A stretch of 63,483 bases of DNA, filler included, from Phoronis australis (taxonomy: Eukaryota; Animalia; Phoronida), in NCBI GenBank assembly GCA_002633005.1. It is 8 parts of 8 records of this genome, joined end to end, with 100 filler letters (N's around TTAATTAATTAA, not from the genome) between each part and the next. Parts side by side here need not be neighbours in the genome. Positions count along the whole stretch, not along the records: positions 1 to 3,767 come from NMRA01002849.1; positions 3,868 to 9,282 come from NMRA01002342.1; positions 9,383 to 13,772 come from NMRA01002605.1; 5 more parts are not named here. One strand, 5' to 3'. The notes under the pieces are model-generated. The model had not been told where the DNA came from and searched no databases. It saw only the letters and a list, made by a program, of their open reading frames with translations. The stretch's first letter is position 1. The number at the start of each line of letters is the position of its first letter. Of this stretch, positions 1-11,991 are shown in pieces. Made by a program: the position numbers and the translations under genes.

Positions 1-405
1 TGACACGTCAACCAGCCAGAATCTGTGTATCAATGGTCTGATGGTGTCTGAAGGTCACGCAATCAGTACAGGAGATAGGTATGTTGAGGTCACGTGACAC
101 GTCAACCAGCCAGAATCTGTGTATCAATGGTCTGATGGTGTCTGAAGGTCACGCAATCAGTACAGGAGATAGGTATGTTGAGGTCACGTGACACGTCAAC
201 CAGCCAGAATCTGTGTATCAATGGTCTGATGGTGTCTGAAGGTCACGCAATCAGTACAGGAGATAGGTATGTTGAGGTCACGTGACACGTCAGCCAGCCA
301 AAATCTGTTTATGAATGGTATGAATGTGTCTAAATGTGTCTGAAGGTCAGGCGATCAGTATAGGAGATAGGTATGTTGAGGTCACATGACACATCAACCA
401 GCCGA
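1..405 (+). repeat. 94-bp tandem repeat (3 perfect + ~1.3 degenerate copies) made of a Tudor exon 3' end plus splice donor
   Basis: Units start at 1, 95, 189, 283 and ~387. Each full unit contains GGAGATAG|GTATGT. Confidence 0.95.
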
Positions 406-3400
406 GATCAATGGACTGATGTTGTATATGGCTATTTAGAGTTTGTGCGCAGGGCACGGGAGAATGTGTAAATGATGCACGTCAGCAGGTGAGAATTCAA
501 AATTCTAATCTCAGATGTCATGTGACACTGGTGTAACTGAAGTGATCCTTGCCTGTAGTCTCCCGTACAATCACGTATCCTTGGTAGTATAATTGCTCGA
601 CTGTTTCTGTTGGTCATGCCTTCTCCACTGGGGATAGATACCACTTTTATGTTCCATGACATACCAGTTTGCTAAGACTTTTGTGTAACTCATCTGAAGA
701 TGTCCACTGGTCATCAGTAATGTAGGATGATGCTGTAGACAAGCGATACAATTAGAATGTTTTCCTCAAACTACTTAATCTACGACCATACTAAAACTGT
801 AGTCCAATGTTTCCTTTGTCCATATTGGGGCAATAGTCGGGTATTACATGCCCACAATTTGAGAACCAGTTTGATGGCCGTTGTTCAGTGGAGAAAACTG
901 GTTCACAAAATGTGGTCATGTTATATCAGCCTATTACCAGTATTGGTAAAATATCAATTTTGTCTAATTGTCACAACAATGGTACGGTTCTTTTATTTTA
1001 GGTCATTAGTTACTCAGATGGACTTACATTTGCCAAGAATTGTGGAATCTAGTCAGTCAGTGTATGAGGATCAGGATGAGGTTGGCAACTTATTGTTAGT
1101 TTTGATTAATTATGCCTGTAGTCTATGAGGTTTCGTTTGTCTATGTTTCTAAACATTCTGTACAATTATGTGTATAACATCACATGAGTTTAGTAGTGGG
1201 GCGTAGGCGCATGTAGGCTCAGCCAACCACCTTTTGGCATTTGAATGTAGCGCCAACCACCTTTTGGCATTTGAACGTAGCGCCAACCACCTTTTGGCAT
1301 TTGAACGTAGCGCCAACCACCTTTTGGCATTTGAACGTAGCGCCTACTCACCATAAGTTACGTTCAGTGCTCAAGGTGATTCAGTGGGCTCTGAGTGCCT
1401 ACTTACCTCTAATTTTACCACTGCAGCACTGGTTTAGAATGAGAGTTTTATTCTATTTGAAATAATCTGTAACTTCTGATTCTTATTATTGAAATTGATG
1501 ATGGTATTCCCCAGTATAATTCTCAATAATGTTAAGTTTGTGTCTCTACATGGTGTGTTTGTAGTACATTGGGGATGTCGTGCAAGTGTTGTCCCCGTCA
1601 CATGCCAACTGTATTCCCACGCCATCTGCCACTCCCAGGTCAGAGGTCGTGTCTGAAGACCCTGCTCACCTGCAGGTTGCTGTCACGGTGACTCAGGCCA
1701 CGTCACCAACGGACTTCTATCTGCAGTTGGTCAGTGCTGGAGAGGAGGGGCTTGACAGGTAAGTGGGTGGAGCTAGAGCAAATTTTATTGTGCACTTGAA
1801 TAGAAAGTGGGTTGGACTTAAAATTGTGATGCATAGCTTAACTGCTTTGTTGATGGATAACTAAGTTGTTACCAATATGGATGAATATTGTTGTTGAGAT
1901 GTCAAGTTGTTGCTATGATGTTTGCGTTCTGTAGATTGATGGAAGATCTACAGTTGGCTTACTCTGGTGAGAGTGTGACTTGTGTTGATGTGAGTGACTT
2001 GACTGTTGGAGACTTCTGTGCTGTTGAGTATAGTGAAGACAAGAGATGGTACAGAGGTCTGGTGAAGGAAGTAGACAGTGGCACAGCCAAGGTACTACCA
2101 TGGTAACACAGCTTGAGGGTCTACTGCACTGGCGCGAGGGCTTGGTGGATCATATTATTATTAATTGTTAATCACTTAAGGTTTTACTTTCATTCGTCTC
2201 CTTATTGCTTGTGTATGTTTGTGTCATCCTTTTTTTAAGAGACTGCTTAAAACGTATTAAGTAAAGTTAGTTTTGTTGGCCAGCACCTGTAAGAGAGTGT
2301 TGATCTTGTTGGATGATAGACATTATCTATGAGCATTTGAACAAGTAATTACTGAAGAGAGATTACTGTAATTATTTCTTCATGATGTCGATTAAGTTGT
2401 TTTTGTATTATGCTTACTTCAAATCTCTGATGGTGGTTTGGCACAGGTGTTGTTGTGCGACTACGGCTACCTCCAACAGGTGGAGCTAGCTAAACTGCAG
2501 CCATTGCTGGACCAGTTCCACATGCCCTCATCATTTGCCATACACTGCCACCTAGCAGGCATTACTGCGGCTGGATCATCTGTCAACAAGTGGTCCTGCA
2601 CTGCCTGTGAGCTGTTCAGCGAAACCATTGACGGCCAGAAAATATTTCTCGTCAGAAAGGTAGTCACGCGGTTCAGTAGGATTGGTTGGAGTATGTTGCC
2701 TATGTTATGTCCTGTTTTGAAAGATGCCTCTTCATGGTTGACAGTGTCAATGTTTTGGGTCATCTGTGATCTTGAATATTTTCCAAGGCATCTTATAATA
2801 ACATTTTGTGTATATTAACATAAGGCCTAGAGTTCTTTTTAAAAGTTTTGCAAATTTTATACTATTAAACTTGGAAGCAATTAAATTTTCAGTTTTGAAA
2901 ATTTTCTCAATGTTTCGCTACAGGGAGACATAGATGGCGACTCACTTCCATGTGAGTTGATGATTGAGAGGTTATGTCTAGGTACAGCCCTGGAACTAGC
3001 TACAGTGGAGCTTGTGTGTGTCAGTAAACTGTTGGTAGAGGCGGGTCTAGCACTCCCTGTGCGCAGGTGAGAGGTAGCTGGGTGTGTGTGTTCGCTGTTC
3101 TAGGCACATTTGTATTCAGTATGTACGAGATGAATCTTGTCAATTTTAACTACTTTGTTCATCAGTCAATATATCAGATTGTTGTAGGTTTTTTACCGGT
3201 ATGTTTGAAAACAGTGTGACTGTGCACCTCATGGGAATAAGCTGGTTCTGTGCATAAACGTTGATATCCAACTATGATCACAGTGTGTCGCTGCTACTCT
3301 CACCATGTACTGTCATACCAGCTATGTCCACAGTGTGTTGCTCCGTACTCTCACATAGTACTGTTATCTTCCAGTCGACCTAGCTCAAACTGTTCCACAC

Positions 3401-3753
3401 CACGGCCAACACCCAGTGCCTCACTAACCAGTCTGCCTGTACCAAACTCTCCATCCACTAAAACCCCTTCAAGTGAAGCTTGTGTCTCTGGCCAGCGTTT
3501 TGCTGCTGAGCACTCTGGTACTCCCATAACTGCTGTCAACACTGATGAGTATGAAGCCATTCCTGCACCACAGAGCAGGGTGACGTTCACAATGTGCACT
3601 TCACCTATTGCTACCACACACAGTCATATGGCAGAGGCAGGTTGCAGCACTAGTCCTTTGTCACCTGACCTGGACAGTGCTATCGTTGGAGACCAACAGA
3701 TGGTGCAAGCGTTGAACAAGAACAACTCTAATAATGCTTCAGGCATTCATGAT
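2..3753 (+). CDS. Multi-Tudor (extended Tudor/SN) domain protein, RNF17/TDRD-like, partial; exons ~2-78, 1002-1080, 1565-1758, 1935-2091, 2447-2659, 2924-3066, 3375-3753
   Basis: All introns are GT-AG with matching phases. The spliced peptide contains the end of one eTudor (DTSTSQNLCINGLMVSEGHA) and one full eTudor: VTVTQATSPTDFYLQ...GDFCAVEYSEDKRWYRGLV...VLLCDYGY...AIHCHLAGI...KWSCTACELF...LLVEAGLALP. A Ser/Pro/Thr-rich linker follows. The RNF17/qin assignment is recalled motif similarity and needs BLAST. Confidence 0.88.
1222..1344. repeat. 30-bp intronic minisatellite (~4 copies), possibly inside a MITE
   Basis: Unit GCCAACCACCTTTTGGCATTTGAACGTAGC is repeated head-to-tail without spacers. 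Confidence 0.95.
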
Positions 3754-3767
3754 GTGAGTAGTGTTCT

Positions 3768-3867
3768 NNNNNNNNNNNNNNNNNNNNNNNNNNNNNNNNN
3801 NNNNNNNNNNNTTAATTAATTAANNNNNNNNNNNNNNNNNNNNNNNNNNNNNNNNNNNNNNNNNNNN
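3768..3867. other. Artificial contig-joining spacer (N44-TTAATTAATTAA-N44)
   Basis: Identical 100-bp linker with stops in all six frames; it recurs seven times in the window. Confidence 0.99.
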
Positions 3868-5584
3868 TCGGTTTCCGTAGATACATAAACATGTAAATAA
3901 GAAACCAACGAATTTGTTTATCAAAAACGGAATGTTATAAGCAATTTCCGCAGGCATGATCGCAAATTTTTTGGTGGGTAACCCGGAGAACATGGGAGAT
4001 GGGGCATTCATAGTAAGGTCTATTTTTGCCCATTTCCGGGGTACCTATCACGGTTCACGGATTTAACTTGAACTTTAAAAAACGCTGAAATATTTGTTTA
4101 TTGTTGAGTATTTTGAGTACCTCTGTTCGACATGTACGCGGTCATTACAAATCGTAGCCCCGAGTCTTTTCGACATTTGTGAATTCATTACAAACAATTC
4201 CTAGTAACGACCTTCAAAAGAAATATTATTCTTGTGATACTATTGGAAAAATATAACATTATTTATAACTAACCACAGGAAGTAGCCTTTTTGTGTTATT
4301 CATGAATAGTGATCTTCATGCTCTTCAAAATTCCAAGTTTTTGATATGGTCAATCGTATTGTATTTTTCGCAGTTTTGGTTGTTTGGGTCGAATGCTTTG
4401 ATACTGCTGTGCTGTTCACGGTTGTTTTGTTTTTGATGAATTTGGAATCTCAACTTCCCCTCGTGAATACTTGAGAGTGTTGGATTTTACATGTGTAGAG
4501 GGATATCCGAACCGCGCCACTGAGAGGGGGTGCCGTCTGAATCAGGACACCTAAGATGAAAGGCTACTATCATTATGCTTTGAAAAGAGTGACAGTTCAT
4601 TCCATTGTCGGGTGACCTTGAGAACTGACTTTCCTCAGCATGAAAGCCGGTTGTACGATATCACGAAAAACAGGGAAATGGAGATAATCGATTCCAACAT
4701 TGGTCCCTCTCTTCGTGAGCGGCCCCTTAATTTGCCAATCAAAACACAAAAAGGGTGGTCACTTGAATGTCATCAATGGTCCTCTTCAAGAGCTGGGCCC
4801 CTAAATATGAAAAGATCTATATTTTGAATGAAAGTCTGGAAATGCGCAGCAATTGATGTTATTTGCCAGGCCATCAATTTTCTCAAGTGATACACAATTT
4901 AGAGAAAGAAAAAATACGAAAAATAGAGCGACAGTTGCCTTTGTTGTCCTTTGATAGAGAAGGGCCACTGGAAAATATAATTTTGCATTTCTGCATTTGT
5001 AAAACTGTCTTACTGAATTTAGAAATTCAGTGAATTATTGTGCTCCGCAAAAACTTGGTTTACGAATTTTCTCGATTTCTCGGAGTACATTGTACGAATG
5101 ATGAAATGCACGCTTTCAAGTGCGTTTAGACGACCTACATGTATGCAGGAAAACGGAGACCCTAACAACAATGTCCTGGCCAGGGCCCCAAAGGGTGAAT
5201 CATGCACTGATGCCGAGTTGTTAATTGTTCTCTTGAAATTTCTCTCCTATCAGTATTCGTAGTCTTTCTCGACTGTCCCCGGCCCCAAACCGATGCCGGT
5301 TGCCATGGTTTAGCCCTGACGCCTGCAAATTTTTGGGGGGCACGGGCCCCCGCCCCCCTTCCCCCCGCTTCTTACAGCCCTGCATATTAGGGAAGCAAAC
5401 ATACAAGCGGATGTTAGCCATAATGAACAGCGTCATCAGAATGCATGGCCAGGGTCCACAGCCGGCTTTGTGGTTACAGTGAACCGCAACGGTCCCTATC
5501 AGGCCATGCAAATCCGACGACCTGCCTCATTCACCAGCGGTCGACGGGAAGGGCTGAGTTGCGATCTGCAGTTCGCAGTCGTGT

Positions 5585-6300
5585 CCCTTGAAATGTGTCG
5601 TTTATTGCCCATTTGTAAGCCTATCGCTTCCTCGAAGGGGCCTTGAAAATATAACTAAAGTGAGCAAACATAGCGGGGTCAGAGTCCCACTGAGATTTCT
5701 CGCGCTTGGGCCGGTGTCTCCGCCGGATCTGCGCTCAACGAAACGCCGCGGCCCGTCTTGTCCACCTGCGCGCTTTTCTGCGCTGGCCGTGGCGAACAGC
5801 TGTGGAGTTCCACATGTCCCTTGCAGAACCGGCGACGAGCCAGTATCGGCGAATTCGACGAAAATTCGTAGATTTGTGTCGTTTATTGGACATTTGTGTC
5901 GCTTTCAGAAACGTTGAATTGAAAATTATTCAAAGTTTCCAGAAATGTGTTGCTTTATCAAAGGTGCTTTGAAAATATAAAAAATGTAAGCAAACGTAGC
6001 GGGAGTGTGTGCTACTAAGGTCTCGCGCGCTTGGACGGGGTAGCCACCGTGCGGGCTTTGTGCAGGCTTTGCGCTAGCGGGACCGAAGCGCTGCAGTCCC
6101 CCTGCAGATCTGTCGCTACGTATGTGCGAAAATTTAGTCCCCAGAAATATTTCGTTTATTGGCTATTTGTGTCGCTTTCTCAAGAAGCTTTGAAAATATA
6201 ACAAACGTAACGTAGCGGGGTTGAGGGCCAGGTTTCCGTCTTGGTCGGAGTTGAGGCCGGCTCTGCGTTCAGCGAAACGCCGTCGTGGTCCACAGTGGTC
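5585..6300. repeat. Three degenerate ~280-bp direct repeats (AT-rich core CGTTTATTG...TTGAAAATATAA...AAACGTAGCGGG followed by a GC-rich tail)
   Basis: Core motifs recur at ~5598-5680, ~5878-6005 and ~6152-6222. Confidence 0.7.
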
Positions 6301-6594
6301 AAATTGGGCTCTGTGCTGGCGCGCGGGGTGAGGCGCTGTACGGTACACCCATGGCCCCTCCATATCCTCCGTATTAGCGGCAGTCAGGACTGACTGGTCA
6401 CGTATCAGTTACCCTTAGGTTGGTGGAGGGCCGATTCGAAGGTTTGCACACCGTTGTTCCGCCGCCCGAAAGCGAGAACCGGTGGTGCTGGCTGGTTCGG
6501 CGAGTTTCCCTCGCGAAACAAAATCTGTCTTTTATCGAAACATTTTAAAATGCTAATTTTCACTTTATCCAATATCGTACCATATATCGTCAAC

Positions 6595-7210
6595 GCAGCC
6601 AAGGGCTACGACGGAGGCGAGCAGCTAGGCCAAGTTGCATGCCGGCAAAGCCCGCAGCGCAGCCAAGGGCCGACGGCGGAGGCGGGCTGGGTCAGAAAAA
6701 GCTGACGACGAATTTGGCAGCGCGATGGACACCTCGGAGTACGTTAGGCGGGCCGTGCCAAACTGCCGGTGAAGTCAGCTGCTCGGCAGAGGTTCGTGGA
6801 CCCCTCAGAGTACGTCAGGCGTGCCGGGCCAAGGTGCCAGCGAAACCGACTGCGCGGCCAGGGCCAACGACGACTCACCGCGGTGGGTAAGAGGCGGGAT
6901 GGGGCAAGGTGCCAAAAAAGGCGGCTAGGTGGCCAAGGGCAGACGACGACTCACGGTGGGTGAGGCTGGCGGGCCAACCTGCAGGCCGGCAAATTTCAGG
7001 GCCAACGGCCACTCACGGTGGGTGAAGCGCGCTTCGGCCAGGATGGCAGGATGGCGGTCAGGCGGCCACGCGGCCAAGGAGTGACGGCGGGCGGGTGCAC
7101 TCGGCCGAGCTGTCGGTTGGGAGGCGGCGCGGCCGGGGAGCGGCCGTGGTTGGCAGGCTTCGGTCGGGCTGCCGGTCGGGCGGCCGTGCGGATGGGGAGC
7201 GACGGCAAAT
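6595..7210. repeat. GC/CpG-rich degenerate ~70-bp tandem repeat
   Basis: Recurrent GGCCAAGG / GACGACTCACGGTGGGTGA modules at ~6826, 6901, 6971 and 7036. The overlapping ORFs are low-complexity Arg/Gly/Pro/Ala. Confidence 0.65.
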
Positions 7211-8780
7211 TTTCCTTCGCCATCCGAACACCCAAAATCAACCATCTTGCCAACACAGGCTCCGAACTTGAACATTTCGGGACAGCGTGTTTGGCTTCAA
7301 TATCAAAGTAATAGACCCATGCCTCGTCTTGTCACTCAACTCTGTTGAAGAAGTTCACTGGTTCAGACTGAAAAAAAATCTTTCAACTGCTCGTCACTTC
7401 GTCAATTTTTTACGACATGGCAAAGCACGCCTCCTTATTTGGTATGTCAAGACGTTGACCTAGTACCTTTTCCTTATACGTAAAATGTGACCTTTGGTCT
7501 TTGATGTAAATAAAAAGGTGATTTCAAGCAGCAGCCAGTCGACTTCTTTGAACGCATGCGCGCATATATATTTTTAGGGGCCGATAATTTGAAAATTATA
7601 TTGGGATGAAAGATTTCTTATTTCATCTGTGTTTCAAAAATAGTGAATCTGACCATTTTTTTCTAAGTCACTGATTTAGAGCTGCCATTGGTAAGGCTGA
7701 TATGCCATAGTACCTGCCCGCTATTAAAAGCAAAACATTCCGGCGATAAAAGAAACTTTTGTATGAACTGCCCAAATAATTATGAAAGGTTGTATTCTTT
7801 TGATTTTTACTAAATAAGAAATCGGATTGTTATCATGTAATGTTGGCACGATTTCTAAATTCTTTTGGTCTACATATACCGACCACTAGACTATTGGAAT
7901 TGGCATAACGTTTCGGTCAGTAATTTCTCCGGCCCTCTTGTGATGCTTCATCGTTAGAAGAACGAGCACGGGTATGTGATGCGCTTATGGTGGCCATGGT
8001 TGAGCACATGGTTATTGGAGCACTAAGTCACTCGAGGCACATACGAAGAGGCTGGCGAGAAATTGAAATTGGTGCAAATCGGGGAAAGGCGACATTGTGA
8101 AAGTGGTGGTTGCCTGTAGGTAGGGGGCAACATTAGCATGAACCGGATGAAGGCCTGACATTTGTGACCACCAAGCGGTAGGAGGCATCGATCTTTCGCC
8201 AATAACCCTAGTTATGATACTGAAGCCAAACTGAAATAATCATGATCCTATTCTTAATAGGAGTCGGAAAGCGGAGGAAATCTGAAGCCTAGAAATTTTG
8301 ACTGCGCCTTTTCGGAATGCATCCTTCTAATGTCGATGACTTTTGTTTACGATAGCGTCCTGTATTCATACAGTATGAATAACACACCGGTTAAATCGGT
8401 CAGATACGTGTTTATTGTACAGGCATGTGCTTCAAGCACGCGACTATTAAACATCACTGCAGAAATGAAGTAGATGCTGCGACGCCACTTGCATGACAAG
8501 GCTAAAAATTGTTCACAGTCCGCCATTTTTTCACGGTGTTGTAAAGCTAACCAATGACTGCCGAGGTTACATCGACCAATGCTAAAGCGCGTGCCACTGC
8601 GTGATACCTGCGTGCTAGCTGGGCTAAGCACGCAGGGAACCAGCGAGCAAAGGACAACGCTTGCTGTGACATTTACAGCTTTTTACCCTTGTTATCGGCT
8701 TTGTCATTTGCAAGAGAGTTTCTATAGATAGGTTTATTCGTTTACTGAAGTGCCGGATGACAATTGTAATATCTGTTATT

Positions 8781-9282
8781 GTTTTTTAAGTGATATATAT
8801 TTATTGAAGAATACACAAAACATACAAAGAAATAATGACAAACCCAGAAATCGCGAAGCATTATATCTGGGTTGTAAACAATTTATAAATGAAACTAAAA
8901 TACATAGAGGTATACACAATTAAGTAGTATCTAATATAAGTATTCCAATACTTAGATATGCTATTACAAATATATGAAAATGAAAATATGTACAGATTAA
9001 TGTATGGAAATCAGATGCAACAATATTGATAAACGGTACATAAAAATTTACTAACGTTGCTTAGGAGGAATTCGTTGAGAACGAGGTCAATGTTAGGACT
9101 ACCACTCAATAATAATGTAACGCTAGTAGGGATATTGTTACAAGAATTGAGAGCGTTATTACTTGATTGGTTTTCAGTGAGTGCACGAAAGAGTGAGTCT
9201 CTCAGGTATTCGATGAGGGGACATTTGAAGAAAATATGAGGATAAGATTGATGGTCACCACATTTACAGTTTGGAGAGACAT
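8781..9282 (-). mobile_element. 3' end of a non-LTR retrotransposon (LINE; CR1/L2-group-like ORF2 C-terminus)
   Basis: Minus frame 9280->9011 reads VSPNCKCGDHQSYPHIFFKCPLIEYLRDSLFRAL...LLLSGSPNIDLVLNEFLLSNVSKFLCTVYQYCCI*, a CCHC zinc knuckle plus LL.G motif typical of LINE ORF2 ends. It is followed by a 3' UTR stem-loop (8841-8873), AATAAA (8800-8805) and a short A tail. Confidence 0.8.
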
Positions 9283-9382
9283 NNNNNNNNNNNNNNNNNN
9301 NNNNNNNNNNNNNNNNNNNNNNNNNNTTAATTAATTAANNNNNNNNNNNNNNNNNNNNNNNNNNNNNNNNNNNNNNNNNNNN
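9283..9382. other. Artificial contig-joining spacer
   Basis: N44-TTAATTAATTAA-N44. Confidence 0.99.
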
Positions 9383-10287
9383 TTTTCTAGGGGATGTGTC
9401 CTAAAAATACCGGTAAATAGAATTATGTGACAGAAATATTTTTGTGTTGTAAAATTTAATGCAAGAAACTTTCTTCATAGATAAAATCAAAACAAGACAA
9501 AAAGGAGAAGAAGAAAAAGAAGTAACTGGAAATCAAAACCAAAAAAGGAAATCCTCTTAAAAGGCAAATTCCAAGCATTCCTTACCATGATGGGATTCTA
9601 TTTTTATTACCATCTCTAAAGCCATTTATGGCATTTCCACATGATTGCATCCACAATCAACAATTCAAGTTCACATGTTAGGAAATGGAAGATAATGTCG
9701 ATTTTCATCAAAGTTCAGGTGAGGTTATGTGTGCTTTGGGAAGTAGGATGGTGAGGTAAACACGTACAGCTTCTAGATGACATCAAACACCTTTGACTGT
9801 AATGTCTGTAATATTGTCTTGTGATCAACTCCACTCTGAACATAACGTACAATCCTGGAAATTGAATTCCTTGGGAATCTGCAAAACCAAAGCAGCACAA
9901 TACTTGCTCTTGAAATACTGTTCATGCACCAATATAATCACACTAGTTATGAGTTCGGGATGAGTACGCGCAAGCTCGTAAAGTAGCCAGGAAGCATGCA
10001 AGAAAATTAATTCCTTGAGTAATTCTTATTTATTGTCAAGAAAATTAAGACTTTGTATTCTATCATTCGTTTAGTACTATAAATCTGCAAGTTATTCCAG
10101 CACAAAGTTATGAAATGATACCTGAAGATAAGTTCTAGACAGCAGTTATGAAAGCAACCAGAAATAAATTTAATTATCTGTTCATCTGCTAGGTATACAT
10201 CAAGAACTATCATGATACCTAATAAAATTCTAAAGCTTCAATAATCCTTACTCAATAATCTTTTTCAAGCTGGAAGTACGTATTCAT

Positions 10288-10672
10288 GTTCAAGCTAACC
10301 AATATTATTACTCAAGCTTGGCCAATATTCAAGCTCAGCTAATATTATTCAAGCTCGGCTAATATTATTCAAGCTTGACCGAATTATTCAAGCTCGACGA
10401 GTATTATTCAAGCGCGACCAATGTTATTCAAGCTTGACCGATATTATCCAAGCTTGACCAATATTATTCAAGCTTGGTCAATATTATTCAAGCTCGAACA
10501 ATGTTATTCAAGCTCGACCAATGTTAGTCAAGCTTGACCGATATTATTAAATCTCAGCCAATATTATTCAAGCTCGGCCAATATTATTCCAGCCTCGACA
10601 ACATTATTCAAGCTTGACCAATATTATTCAAGTCTGGCCAATACTATTAAAGCTTGACCAATATTATTCAAG
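10288..10672. repeat. 20-bp minisatellite, ~19 diverged copies
   Basis: Consensus AATATTATTCAAGCTTGACC repeated head-to-tail with no unique spacers. Confidence 0.95.
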
Positions 10673-11991
10673 GTTTTTGTTCCACCATCTTAAACCATGA
10701 CTGGTAAACCACTTTCAAGCTAACAATATATTCTGAAGAAACCTTGCTGAGCAAGCTTAAAAAGGGTTGTCACACCATGTTGAATCTCCTTGCTCTTAAT
10801 ATATAATATAATCATGTCAGGTATGAGAATCCAAAGTGTCTTTCTGAAAGAAGTGACTATCTGAAACTGTCCTTATATTGTGTACTACTCTTTTAATAGA
10901 AATGAAAGTTGAATCTACCATTGATATTAAAATTAAATGCCAACATCAATTTCTGAACTCTTTAACATCATAAAATAATCTTACACAGATTCCACAGTTG
11001 TGTGAGATTATTCAGTCTGGTTATTCAAGATGACCTGTTCGTGGCAAACCTATTAAAATTATATTACCAACCAGGAAGCTTATTCCAGGTTGGAGAACAA
11101 TGGTTACCAACAGGGCACGGTTCTTCAAGCTTGGACTTCACTGATCAAGTTCGAGTTTAATACTGGAATAAAAGCTTACAAAAAATTAGCGACGTTGCGT
11201 CCGCATCTCACAGACTTCAGCCAATCTGTTTTCTTAACTTGATATCTCAAAATTTTCATGCTTTTACTTGGACTTCACTGTTGAAAAAGGTGACAGGCCC
11301 AACATGCTTATTCGAAATTTTTAGACAAGTCATGCTTTATTTAAATTTCCGACTTTTAATTTAAGTAAGCTTATACAGAGCAATGTTAGCGAAAAAGCAA
11401 GGAGAAAAGTATAATACATCAGGACATGCTCCAACAAGCTTACATAGCTTTCTCAAAGTTAGCTAAATACACCTGTAGTCGGAAAAATTGTCTGACAGGA
11501 GGGAACACATCTTTCAAGCTATACTGTCTAGTTGGCAGCTAACAAATCAACACCAGTCCTGTTGTTGGGTGCCAAGCCTTATGTGCATAATTACATGTCT
11601 ACACACTTCTTTGCAACTGTACATTCAAACAACTTGCACCTTGTTCAAAAAGAGGCAGCAAATTTGGTTTAATGAATGAATATTAAACACAGCAACCAAC
11701 TAGGACACTAAATAAATATCTGAAATTGACTAGGTTTAATTCTCTGCAATTGACGTACAATTGGGTGGTGCTCCCACGGATCATACCTCCCTTGCAGCCA
11801 CTTTGAAATCTGCAGCAGTAATTACTTTTAACCAAGCACTATTTCAAAAATGGTTTGAAATTTTGTTGAATGACAAAGACTGCAATTAGGTTTTTTGAAA
11901 ATTTCAACCAATTGTTAGGCTACAGTAACACAATTTTCAACACACAAATTCAACTTGGTGCCTCTTTAAGAGTAAACAGTTGTTTCATATG

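Noticed and set aside
6405-7311. Several overlapping Arg/Gly/Ala/Pro-rich ORFs on both strands
   Set aside because: Expected from stop-codon scarcity in a GC-rich degenerate repeat.
10288-10672. CRISPR-like appearance of the 20-bp array (also 1222-1344 and 41219-41446)
   Set aside because: Head-to-tail units without unique spacers, no cas genes, and a spliceosomal-intron context: these are minisatellites.
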